DNA from: a bacterium
GTDB taxonomy: Bacteria; Patescibacteriota; Minisyncoccia; Phycocordibacterales; Phycocordibacteraceae
Length of the DNA: 64,000 nt
Reading direction: 5' to 3'
Assembly (NCBI GenBank): GCA_021778295.1
Contig: JAJYCP010000001.1
Coordinates: 2,390 to 66,389, forward strand
Shown here one piece after another: positions 45,647-54,619 of the stretch; the first letter of the stretch is position 1, and each line of letters opens with the position of its first letter. Position numbers and translations under genes: made by a program. The notes below the pieces were generated by a model. It saw only the letters and a program-made list of their open reading frames with translations. It was not told the origin of the DNA and made no database searches.

Positions 45647-46708
45647 TTAGAGCACCGGTTCGCGGCCTTCGCGCTTGAAAAGCCAGCCCTCAAGACTGTA
45701 CGTATCATAGCCATAGAAGATGAACGCGATGGGAATACCGATGAGAATGATATGCGGCCATACCGCTTCGCCGAAATACCATAACGAGAGCGAGAGCCAA
45801 AACAGAAGGAACAGGGACGTAAAACGTATCTCGATGCCAAGGATGAAAAAGACGGCAATGAGTATCTCCACGATGGCGGCGCCAAGAACGAGGAAGTGCG
45901 GTCCAAAACCGAAGACCTGCGCGAGACTTTGCGTATGCCCCGCAAGCGGAAGGCTCGCTACCATGAGCGCAAGATTATTGTGGAGGATTTTTGCATAAAA
46001 AGAAGCATAGAGAAGCGAAATGCCGAACGCGACCCGAAGAATAAGAAATGCGTACGGTGCAAATTTTTTCTTGGTGCGCGCGAGCCGCACACTCAGATGG
46101 ACGGTGTCATATTTTTCCGAATGGAAAGCGAGCGCATGAGCGCCGAGAATGAGCAGTAGGAGGAGCTCGCCGAGATAGTTTGCGTAGGTCAGCATGTAGA
46201 TGCCGTGCGCCCAGACCTCAATGCCGAAAAGAACAAATGCCGCAAGCGCCGCGATGCGCGTGTAGAAGCCGACAACGATCATGAGACCGATGAGAATGAG
46301 CGCGCCGGTCACGATATTCGCATAAGCGCCGAACGTCCCTACGAGAGGAAGTTCCGGCCCGAAAAGCGCTTGGTGATAGCTGGCGGCGAGGAATGCGATG
46401 CCAATGGTGATGCGGCTTATCACCGGCGCGTAGGGGGGCAGTTTTGCGAGGAACGGATCAAACCGGCGTTCAAGCACCCGTGAAATGGATACGAAGAAAA
46501 CAACGAAAATAATCAGCGCGGCGATAAATCCCCAGAATACGAACTGACCGAGATTGGCGAGAACCGTGTGCCACTCTGAGAACGACGGCAGTGCGAGCGC
46601 GTGCCGGACCTCGCTTCGCGAGAGCACGTATACCTCGTGTGCAGAGGCAAGTGCAGGAAGAGCGAATGCTGTCAGCAGGACAAGTCCGCGCAGAAAATGT
46701 GAGCGCAT
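45647..46708 (-). CDS. DoxX-family membrane protein (two DoxX-like units)
   Basis: RITIG...GFYTRIAA and RVAFG...GIEIRFTS repeats; many TM. Confidence 0.7.
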   Translation of the reverse strand: MRSHFLRGLVLLTAFALPALASAHEVYVLSRSEVRHALALPSFSEWHTVLANLGQFVFWGFIAALIIFVVFFVSISRVLERRFDPFLAKLPPYAPVISRITIGIAFLAASYHQALFGPELPLVGTFGAYANIVTGALILIGLMIVVGFYTRIAALAAFVLFGIEVWAHGIYMLTYANYLGELLLLLILGAHALAFHSEKYDTVHLSVRLARTKKKFAPYAFLILRVAFGISLLYASFYAKILHNNLALMVASLPLAGHTQSLAQVFGFGPHFLVLGAAIVEILIAVFFILGIEIRFTSLFLLFWLSLSLWYFGEAVWPHIILIGIPIAFIFYGYDTYSLEGWLFKREGREPVL

Positions 46709-46719
46709 ACGCGTAGCCA

Positions 46720-48384
46720 CTATACCACCGCCTTGATCATGTCCCTCTCAATATCGGCGAAACTGCCGCCGACCTTTTTGCCGGGATTGAAGATATTGTG
46801 CGGATCAAAGATCTCTTTCGTTTGCGCAAAGAGCGCGACCATTTCCGCGCCGAAGAGCATCGGGAGGTACGGTGTGCGGATGATGCCATCATTGTGCTCG
46901 CCGGTTGTCGTACCTCCCTCGCGTATCACGAGCTCGTACACTTTCGGCGCGAGTTCGAGAACGACACGGCGGTTCTCTTCTTTGGAAAGATCCATGAGCG
47001 GGATGATGTGGAAATTGCCATTGCCGATATGGCCGGCGATGGTGTAGATGAAATGCGACTTATACTCGTCGAGAAGCAGGTTCAGTTTCGGCAAAAACTC
47101 GGGATAGCTTGCGGGAGGAACGACGAAATCGTCGATGAAAGGAGAAGCATAGAGGCCGTGAAGATTCTTCCGCAGGAGCGAGAAGCTTTCACGGCGGATG
47201 ATCCAATACTTCTCCGACTCCTTCTCATTTTTCTCTATTTTTGTCTGTACGTGAAGACCGGCAAGCGCGTTTTTTGCCGCAAGCGCTTTTCTATCGGCTT
47301 CCGCCGTCGTGTCTTCGGCGAACTCCGCCATGAGGACCATCTTCGGTACGCCGCCGGTCGCAACCATCGCAGCTTCGGAGAGGAAGTCGACGCCGAGCCG
47401 AGCAGCCTTCGCCAGACCCATCTGCATGAGCATCTCGGGAAGGAACTTCACCGCGAGCTCAAATGTGTGATCGTCATAGGACTCAAACGATTCCGGATTT
47501 TCGGGGAGTACGCGTTTTACTATCTCGGGGAGGATGGCGAGGTCGTATAGAAAGATAACGAGCATCGCGCGGTGCTCTTTTGGTTTTACAAGCGTGAGCT
47601 TTGCTTTGCTCCAGAGCGCGAGCGTTCCCTGGGAGCCGCAGATAAGCTTCGCGAGGTTGAAAGAACCGGTCTCTTTGTCGCGCACGCTCCAGAGCGCATA
47701 CCCCGCCGAGTTTTTTGAGACTTTCGGCCGGTGCTCCTCGATGAGCGCGGCATTCTCGGTCAGAAGTGCATCCATCGAGCGGTAAATGGCGCCCTCGAGC
47801 GTTTTCAATTCCTTTTTCTTTGCAAGTTCCGGCGGCGTAAGCGCTTTGAAGAGACACTGAGAACCGTCAGAAAGAACGACATCGAGTTCTTCGACGTATT
47901 TTTCCGTTTTGCCGTATTCGAGCGTGCGCTCGCCGCCGGAATTATTTGCGACGATGCCGCCCAACGCGGCCAGTTCGCGGCTCGCGGGGTAGGAAGGGAG
48001 GATGAGGCCTTTCTCAAGCGTCATTTTTTCGAAATCACGGTAGTAGACGCCGGGTTCGACGATGGCGTAGTCGGCGCCTACCTCAAGTACGCGGTTCATA
48101 TGTTCGGTGAAAGAGACGACGACGCCGGTGGTCAGGGGGCCGCCCGACATATCAGTCCCCGCCGAGCGCGCCGCGAGCGCGACGGGCGCGCCGCCGTCTG
48201 TGGCGGCGCGCACTTCTTTCACGATCGCGCTCACATCCGCCGCGTCTTCCGGGCACACGACGAGTTCCGGCATTCGCATGAACAGGGAAGTATCACGGCT
48301 CATTTTTGTCAGCGTTGCGGTATCGTCTTTTACTTCGCCTCGTATCGCGCGCTTGAGATTAGTTTTCAAATCTCCAACATCCAT
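46720..48384 (-). CDS. FAD-binding oxidoreductase (GlcD/D-lactate dehydrogenase family)
   Basis: RSAGT..SG, GSQGTL, GHIGNGNFH, GEHNDG, FDP..IFNPGK. Confidence 0.9.
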   Translation of the reverse strand: MDVGDLKTNLKRAIRGEVKDDTATLTKMSRDTSLFMRMPELVVCPEDAADVSAIVKEVRAATDGGAPVALAARSAGTDMSGGPLTTGVVVSFTEHMNRVLEVGADYAIVEPGVYYRDFEKMTLEKGLILPSYPASRELAALGGIVANNSGGERTLEYGKTEKYVEELDVVLSDGSQCLFKALTPPELAKKKELKTLEGAIYRSMDALLTENAALIEEHRPKVSKNSAGYALWSVRDKETGSFNLAKLICGSQGTLALWSKAKLTLVKPKEHRAMLVIFLYDLAILPEIVKRVLPENPESFESYDDHTFELAVKFLPEMLMQMGLAKAARLGVDFLSEAAMVATGGVPKMVLMAEFAEDTTAEADRKALAAKNALAGLHVQTKIEKNEKESEKYWIIRRESFSLLRKNLHGLYASPFIDDFVVPPASYPEFLPKLNLLLDEYKSHFIYTIAGHIGNGNFHIIPLMDLSKEENRRVVLELAPKVYELVIREGGTTTGEHNDGIIRTPYLPMLFGAEMVALFAQTKEIFDPHNIFNPGKKVGGSFADIERDMIKAVV

Positions 48385-48441
48385 TGGGTACAGTATACCT
48401 GTAGTGCGCGCGTTAGTACTAGTGAATGATATGCTTACCGT

Positions 48442-48984
48442 ATGAAGAAATACGCGATAGGGACAGGCATCGTCGCAATCGCTCTCCTCGTTGCTGTAGC
48501 GCTGTGGAATGTGCGTACAGCGCGGGCGCCCTCGGGCGCGCAGGCCTGCCCGCAGGAAACGAAGCTCTGCCCCGACGGCTCCTCGGTGGGGCGCACAGGA
48601 CCCAACTGCGAATTTGCAGCATGCCCGGGATCAATTGCCACAAGCACTACCGGCGGTGGCAGTATTTTGCCCTATCACTCTGGCGTGCAAGGAACAGTCT
48701 CGCTCGGACCGACCTGTCCCGTAGAGCGTGTGCCGCCCAACCCGCAATGTGCGGATAAGCCCTACGCGGCCGCGATAATCATCTATCGCGCCGGTTCGCA
48801 ATCAGTGTTCATTATGGGGAATTCTGATACGAATGGCGTGTTCAAATTCTCGCTCCCACCCGGCTCGTACACGCTCAAAGCGGTGAGCGGGAATGTCTTC
48901 CCGCGCTGTACCCCGGTGAACGTTGAAGTTTCTGCGAGCGGATACGCCTCAACCGCCATTTCCTGTGATACGGGTATTCGCTAA
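48442..48984 (+). CDS. Exported protein with CPDGS Cys motif and prealbumin-like domain
   Basis: CPQETKLCPDGSSVGRTGPNCEFAACP; GPTCPVE; FSLPPGSY. Confidence 0.75.
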   Translation: MKKYAIGTGIVAIALLVAVALWNVRTARAPSGAQACPQETKLCPDGSSVGRTGPNCEFAACPGSIATSTTGGGSILPYHSGVQGTVSLGPTCPVERVPPNPQCADKPYAAAIIIYRAGSQSVFIMGNSDTNGVFKFSLPPGSYTLKAVSGNVFPRCTPVNVEVSASGYASTAISCDTGIR

Positions 48985-49053
48985 TCAGCGTTTGCTGCGA
49001 GCCCAGAGCTGGCAGGTGTATCATGAGCGTATTAGTCGGCTAACAGTATCGCT

Positions 49054-49320
49054 ATGAATAAACTCAATCCTCGTACGACTGGTGTTGCGATCGGCGTGTT
49101 TGCGGGCGGGTGCCATCTCCTCTGGTCTGTCCTCGTCGCGCTCGGATGGGCGCAGCCACTGGTGAATTTCATTCTCTGGGCGCACATGGTCAACACGTCA
49201 TATGTTGTCGGCCCGTTTGATCTCACTGCCGCCGCGACGCTCGTCATTTTGACAACTGTCATCGGATACGTCGTAGGAGATATCTTCGCGCGCATCTGGA
49301 ATCGGGTGCACCGCGTGTAA
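49054..49320 (+). CDS. Small membrane protein
   Basis: Hydrophobic 88 aa, HLLW and WAHM motifs. Confidence 0.7.
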   Translation: MNKLNPRTTGVAIGVFAGGCHLLWSVLVALGWAQPLVNFILWAHMVNTSYVVGPFDLTAAATLVILTTVIGYVVGDIFARIWNRVHRV

Positions 49321-49321
49321 C

Positions 49322-49618
49322 ATGGCCATCGAATGGAATAAGGTGACGTGGTATTCAAAGCTGGCCGCGGTGGTAGTGTTCCTCGCGACGTTCCTCATTG
49401 CGTTCAATCTGGGCATCCTGTGGGAACAAACACACGTAGAGACGACACTTCTTGAGACACCACGCACGACGAGCGGGAAGGCGGGCAGTCAATCGTCTGT
49501 CGGCGGCGCAGGCGCGCGTTGCGGCGGATTTATCAGAAACGCACCGACGTGTGCGGCCGGTTTTCACTGCAAACTCGGAGCGATTGTCGATCAGGGCGGC
49601 GTGTGCGTACCGAACTAA
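49322..49618 (+). CDS. Small membrane-anchored Cys-rich protein
   Basis: WNKVTWYSK + TM; CGG...C..G..C...GGVC. Confidence 0.7.
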   Translation: MAIEWNKVTWYSKLAAVVVFLATFLIAFNLGILWEQTHVETTLLETPRTTSGKAGSQSSVGGAGARCGGFIRNAPTCAAGFHCKLGAIVDQGGVCVPN

Positions 49619-49626
49619 AACCCATT

Positions 49627-49739
49627 TCAAACCCCCGCTCGGGTATGCGACAGAAAGGAGTACGCCGTCTTTTGTGCTCAAAAAGCGGCTCGTACTCGCG
49701 CCCTTTCTGCCGCATACACCTCGCGGGGAGGGGGTTTGA
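49627..49739. repeat. 113-bp imperfect palindrome with GAGTACGCCGT-CTTTTGTGCTCAAAAA core
   Basis: Nested complementary blocks (TCAAACCCC, GTATGCG, CAGAAAGG, GAGTACG); core like that of the 19646 element. Confidence 0.8.
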
Positions 49740-49772
49740 GGTGGTTTCTGTCGAGTCTGATACAGTGTCCTC

Positions 49773-51488
49773 ATGACCCAAGCGGAGGCGCTCACGATAT
49801 TGAAAACGGGCGCGAACGTATACCTCACCGGCGAGCCCGGAAGCGGAAAGACGCATACGATAAACGAGTTCATCGGCTGGCTACGCGCATCGGGTATCGA
49901 GCCATCGGTCACGGCGGCGACCGGCATCGCGGCGACGCACGTCGCCGGCATGACGCTCCATTCGTGGAGCGGCATCGGCGTGAGCGAGTCGCTCACGAGG
50001 GCCGAGGTGGACCGCATCGCGAGCAAGGAACATGTTGCGCGCCGCATCCAGAAGGCGAAGGTGCTCATCATCGAGGAAATCTCGATGCTTTCGGCGGCGA
50101 CGTTTCAAATGGCGGACGCCGTCTGCAGGGAGGTGCGGCGCGTCAATACGGCTTTCGGCGGACTCACGGTCATCCTCGTGGGAGATTTCTTTCAGCTGCC
50201 GCCGGTCTCGCGCGGACGCGACGTCGCATTCGCCTATGACTCGGGAACATGGCGCGAACTGAATCCGCTCACCTGCTACCTCACCGAGCAGTACCGGCAG
50301 GACGATACCGAATTTCTCGGCGTGCTCTCCGCGATACGCGCAGGAGAGGTCGAAGAGCTCCATCACGAAACGCTCATGACGCGCCATATGGGAGCGGCAG
50401 CGCTCCCGCTCGGCGCGCCGAAACTTTTTTCGCACAATGCGGACGTCGACCGCATCAATGCCGAGGAACTCGCCAAGCTTCCGGGCGCATCAAAAAAGTT
50501 CCTGATGAGCTCGAAAGGGAAGGATTCGTTCGTTGAAGGGCTCCAGCGCGGCTGCCTTTCCCCGGAAATCTTGGAACTCAAAGACGGCGCGGCGGTGATG
50601 TTTACCAAAAACTCGCCGCAAGGAAGATTCGTCAACGGCACGCTCGGCGTCGTCGCCGGATGGGACGCGAGCGGGATGCCGATCGTCGAGACGAAAGAGG
50701 GACTGCGCATAGCGACCGAACCGATGGAGTGGCAGCTTGAAGAACAGGGGAAGGTACGGGCGAGCATATCTCAGATACCGCTGCGGCTTGCGTATGCGAT
50801 GACGGTGCACAAGAGCCAGGGAATGAGTATGGATGCGGCGATTATCGATCTCTCGAAAGCGTTTGAATACGGACAAGGGTACGTCGCGCTCTCGCGTGTG
50901 CGGCGGCTTTCCGGAGTGTATCTCACCGGCCTCAATGAACGCGCGCTCCGCGTGCACCCTGAGATCTTGGAAAAGGATCATGAATTTCGCGCCGCCTCGG
51001 AGGCGGCGCGGGAGACGTTCGGCATGATGGCGGAGGCGGAGGCGGTCGGCATGCAAAAGAAATTCGTGAAAGCGCTCGGCGGCGCGTGGATGGAAAAAAC
51101 GCCACGCGGGAAGGAAAGGCCGGCGGGCAAGAAATCGGGAACAGGGCTGCCTGGAAGGCTCGCGGAAACATTGCAAACAGTCCGAGACGCTCCAACCCTT
51201 AAAGACGCGGCAAAGGCGCGCGGGCTCGCCGCCTCGACTATCGTGAAGCATTTGGAAGAACTTGCCGAGACAGGGACGCTCACTCGTGCTGATTTCGCCC
51301 ATCTCATTTCGCCGGATGCGGCCGATGAAATACACGAGGCGCTCGAAGCTGCAGGCGGCGAACGCCTCTCGCCTGTATTCCATGCCCTTGGTGGACGCTA
51401 CTCTTTTGAAACGATTCGTCTTGCACGGCTCACGCGGCGGTCAGCACCTGCGTCGTTTTCCGAAAAGGAAGATCGGCGAGCATTTTAA
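49773..51488 (+). CDS. Pif1-family helicase with C-terminal HTH
   Basis: GEPGSGKT, TLHSWSGIG, GDFFQLPPV, QIPLRLAYAMTVHKSQG, YVALSR. Confidence 0.9.
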   Translation: MTQAEALTILKTGANVYLTGEPGSGKTHTINEFIGWLRASGIEPSVTAATGIAATHVAGMTLHSWSGIGVSESLTRAEVDRIASKEHVARRIQKAKVLIIEEISMLSAATFQMADAVCREVRRVNTAFGGLTVILVGDFFQLPPVSRGRDVAFAYDSGTWRELNPLTCYLTEQYRQDDTEFLGVLSAIRAGEVEELHHETLMTRHMGAAALPLGAPKLFSHNADVDRINAEELAKLPGASKKFLMSSKGKDSFVEGLQRGCLSPEILELKDGAAVMFTKNSPQGRFVNGTLGVVAGWDASGMPIVETKEGLRIATEPMEWQLEEQGKVRASISQIPLRLAYAMTVHKSQGMSMDAAIIDLSKAFEYGQGYVALSRVRRLSGVYLTGLNERALRVHPEILEKDHEFRAASEAARETFGMMAEAEAVGMQKKFVKALGGAWMEKTPRGKERPAGKKSGTGLPGRLAETLQTVRDAPTLKDAAKARGLAASTIVKHLEELAETGTLTRADFAHLISPDAADEIHEALEAAGGERLSPVFHALGGRYSFETIRLARLTRRSAPASFSEKEDRRAF

Positions 51489-53826
51489 AGAGTGCGGTGA
51501 TTTGCATCCAGAAGAAGGACCAGACCCAGACGAAAGCGATGACCCAGAGCGGAATCGGCGCGGTGAAGAAGCCGAAAGCGGCGGCAAGCGTCACGAGCAG
51601 CTGCGTGGCGGTCACCGCCGTGATGACCTGCCAGCTCGGGAGCCAGCGGAACCAATTGTTCTCGGTATGCGCGACATAGATAAGCATATGTCCCGAAATA
51701 ACGAGTTTCAGGAAAAAGAGCGTCTGTATCCATGCCCAGGGCAGATGCAGATAGGAATACGCGAGAAAGAACATGAGAACGCTGTTCAACACGCCCGCAA
51801 AACCGAAAGTAAAACTTGATGCGGCGCGCTGCCTCACGTCGATTGCGGCGGGCGCTCGGGGAATTTTCACTCTGTCGAAAGCGGTCGAGATGATGGGTAC
51901 GTCGTTGAGGAATGCGAGAAGAAGCACTTGGATGGGAGTGAGCGGATAGTTCCGCGTGATAACGCCGATGATGACAATCGTCAAAATAAGACGCGAACTT
52001 TCCGAAATTCGGTACAGAGAGTAGTGATACACGCGCATGAAAACAGTGCGCGCTTCTCTGATGGCGGAGCCGATGACCGCAAGCCCGTTTGCGGTAAGCA
52101 CCATGTCGGCCGTCTCGCGGAGCGCATCCACCGCGTGCGCGACTGCGATGCCGACATCCGCATCCGAAACCGAGGGAATATCGTTCGCGCCATCACCCGT
52201 GACGGCAACGCGCGCATAATTCTTTGCCGCCTCGACCGCGAGATATTTGTCTTTCGGCACGACCTCCGCGAATCCCGCAGCACCCGGGAGTACCCGCGCG
52301 AGCGTGTGCGGATCGTCGAAAACACTACGGTCGTACGTCATGCCCTGCAGGTTGAGCGTATGCGCCATCTCGCGCGCGATAGGGAGGCCGTCCCCCGTGA
52401 GCATCTTGACGGTGATACCGTCATCGCGCATCGTCTCTACCGTTTGCGCGGCATCAGCGCGCAGCGCGTCCGCAAGCAAGAGGAGCGCGACCGGCTCCAG
52501 ATTATGCTCTTCGCGCGATTGCCGAGCGACTGCAACGAGCAGTGCGCGGTCGCCGCGCTCGGCGGCCGCATCGATTGTTTTTGTAAAGAGCGTACTCGCA
52601 GTCGTCGTAAAACGGCAGAGCGCGGCAACCGTCGGCGGCGCGCCGAGGGTGATCGTCCACGGCGTGCCCTCGTGCTCGACGATCGCCGTATCGCGCTTGC
52701 GCTCTGAATCGCCGGGAATAAACGAAATTTGAGAAAGAAGCGCGATGTGTTTGGCGGTAGTAGTGTCGCGGATAGCCGTTTCCAGCGGATTCGCCTCGGC
52801 CGCATCGGTCGCGCTCGCCGCAAGCAAAAGCGCGTCATCCTCGCTCCACCCGGGGAAAACGACGATCGACGCAATATGGATTTTATTTTCGGTCAGAGTT
52901 CCCGTCTTGTCGGAAAGAAGAAGATTGACGTTTGCAAGGTCTTCAAGCGAGGAAAGACGGCGTACGATAGCTCCGTTTCTTGCGAGATTAAGGACGCCCA
53001 CACTGATGATGAGCGACATCACCGTCGGCAGTTCGACCGGAATACCCGCGATGAGCAGTGAAATGCCGAGGGTCATCACGTCCACAAGCGTGCCGTGATT
53101 GAGAAGGAGGACGATGGTCACAATCACTATCGCCGCAAGCGCAAGAAGAGAGAGCATTTTTGATATGGAGAGAATGTCGGTTTCCAACGCCGAACGTTTC
53201 TTCGCGAGCTCAAGCGTCTTGACCGCTTTCCCGAAATACGTGCGCGCGCCGGTCGCCGTTATAAGCGCTTCGCCGGAACCGCTTGTGACAAACGCCGCCG
53301 AATAGACGGTATCGCCCGCCCGTTTTTCTTTCGGCAGGGATTCACCCGTCAACATCGACTCATCGGCCGAAAAATTTGCAGCGGTACTGAGTTTCGCATC
53401 GGCCGGTATAAGCGAACCGATGCGCAGCGCTATGCGATCGCCCGGAACGAGCGTGGCGGCGCCCACATGCTTCCACATGCCGTCGCGTAGTACCGTTGCC
53501 GAAACCGCCAGATGCTCCTCGAGCTTCGCCACCGTTTGATCGGCTTTGTGTTCGTGCCACAGCTGAACCGCATAATTGACCAGAAGGAGAAAAAGGATGA
53601 GCGCTGCGTCGGCCCCCTTGCCGCTCACGTAGGAGAGCGATGCCGCCGCGAGCAGCATGAGCGGTATGGGAGAAATAAACCAATGGAGGAATTTCAACAG
53701 TGTGCTCTTTTTTTGTATCGTCAGCGTGTTCGGGCCGAATTGCGCAAGCAAACGCGCCGCCGCGCTTTCGGAGAGGCCGCGCGCGGGGTCTGTCGTCGGA
53801 TTCGACTGTGTAAGGGACGAGGACAC
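51430..53826 (-). CDS. P-type ATPase, probably type IIIA proton pump
   Basis: TGES, SDKTGT, MLTGD, TGDG.ND; TM6 LAFLND. Confidence 0.88.
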   Translation of the reverse strand: MSSSLTQSNPTTDPARGLSESAAARLLAQFGPNTLTIQKKSTLLKFLHWFISPIPLMLLAAASLSYVSGKGADAALILFLLLVNYAVQLWHEHKADQTVAKLEEHLAVSATVLRDGMWKHVGAATLVPGDRIALRIGSLIPADAKLSTAANFSADESMLTGESLPKEKRAGDTVYSAAFVTSGSGEALITATGARTYFGKAVKTLELAKKRSALETDILSISKMLSLLALAAIVIVTIVLLLNHGTLVDVMTLGISLLIAGIPVELPTVMSLIISVGVLNLARNGAIVRRLSSLEDLANVNLLLSDKTGTLTENKIHIASIVVFPGWSEDDALLLAASATDAAEANPLETAIRDTTTAKHIALLSQISFIPGDSERKRDTAIVEHEGTPWTITLGAPPTVAALCRFTTTASTLFTKTIDAAAERGDRALLVAVARQSREEHNLEPVALLLLADALRADAAQTVETMRDDGITVKMLTGDGLPIAREMAHTLNLQGMTYDRSVFDDPHTLARVLPGAAGFAEVVPKDKYLAVEAAKNYARVAVTGDGANDIPSVSDADVGIAVAHAVDALRETADMVLTANGLAVIGSAIREARTVFMRVYHYSLYRISESSRLILTIVIIGVITRNYPLTPIQVLLLAFLNDVPIISTAFDRVKIPRAPAAIDVRQRAASSFTFGFAGVLNSVLMFFLAYSYLHLPWAWIQTLFFLKLVISGHMLIYVAHTENNWFRWLPSWQVITAVTATQLLVTLAAAFGFFTAPIPLWVIAFVWVWSFFWMQITALFKMLADLPFRKTTQVLTAA

Positions 53827-53838
53827 GAATGGATACGA

Positions 53839-54585
53839 TTAGTCTATCAAGGCCTCTATAAGGCGCTGTGTCTGTTGCGGGTCGGACACGCCGCGTGTTT
53901 CTACGCCGGTCTTGAAAACGGCCTCGTCATTCCCGCCCGCGACCAGTTCATCACCGATGTAGAGCGCGTCCGACTCGCTCACACGGAGCCGTTCGCACAA
54001 TTTGCGGAGGCCATAGGCTTTGTCAATGTTCCGTTTTGTTATGTCGATTGACGTAGAGCCGCCCATAGAGACCGAGAACTCCGGTAATCGCTCCGCGATA
54101 TTCGCCTGGAGCGCGCGGCGTTTCGCGCGATCAATATCCCATTCTTTCTTCAGAGCAAGCGGCGCCTCCTGTCCGAGCGCGGAAAGCGTTACCTGACTGC
54201 CGCGGTACTCGATGCGTTCTCCATACGCAGGTTTTGAGAAGTCGATAAGACCGGTTTCCGCGGCGGCCTCGCGAAGCGCCGCCGCGATGGTGTCGGCTTC
54301 TTTTTCCGAAAGGCGCTCCTCGTACACCTTGCGCCACTCATCTTTGTCGCGCTCGTAGAGCATGGCACCGGAGGTAGGCAACAGGTATAGATGCGTAAGC
54401 ACTGCGTCTCTTGGTAATCGTTCGACAACTTGCTTCAGAAATTGCGACAACGTGCCGCCGGAAATGATAGCGACGTTAGTGACAGCAAGTAGGCGCGCCA
54501 CAAGCGCCGCCATTTCCTCAGTGAGCGGTTGTTTGCTCTCGGTAAGCGTTCCGTCAAGGTCGAAAAAGATGAGTTTAGGTATCAT
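53839..54585 (-). CDS. HAD-IIB hydrolase, eukaryote-type phosphomannomutase-like
   Basis: FDLDGTLT, IEYRGSQVT.S.LG, GGSTSID, DKAY, GDEL..GGND. Confidence 0.85.
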   Translation of the reverse strand: MIPKLIFFDLDGTLTESKQPLTEEMAALVARLLAVTNVAIISGGTLSQFLKQVVERLPRDAVLTHLYLLPTSGAMLYERDKDEWRKVYEERLSEKEADTIAAALREAAAETGLIDFSKPAYGERIEYRGSQVTLSALGQEAPLALKKEWDIDRAKRRALQANIAERLPEFSVSMGGSTSIDITKRNIDKAYGLRKLCERLRVSESDALYIGDELVAGGNDEAVFKTGVETRGVSDPQQTQRLIEALID

Positions 54586-54619
54586 ATTCTCGGCGCATAT
54601 TGCGCAGGGTTTCGTATAC

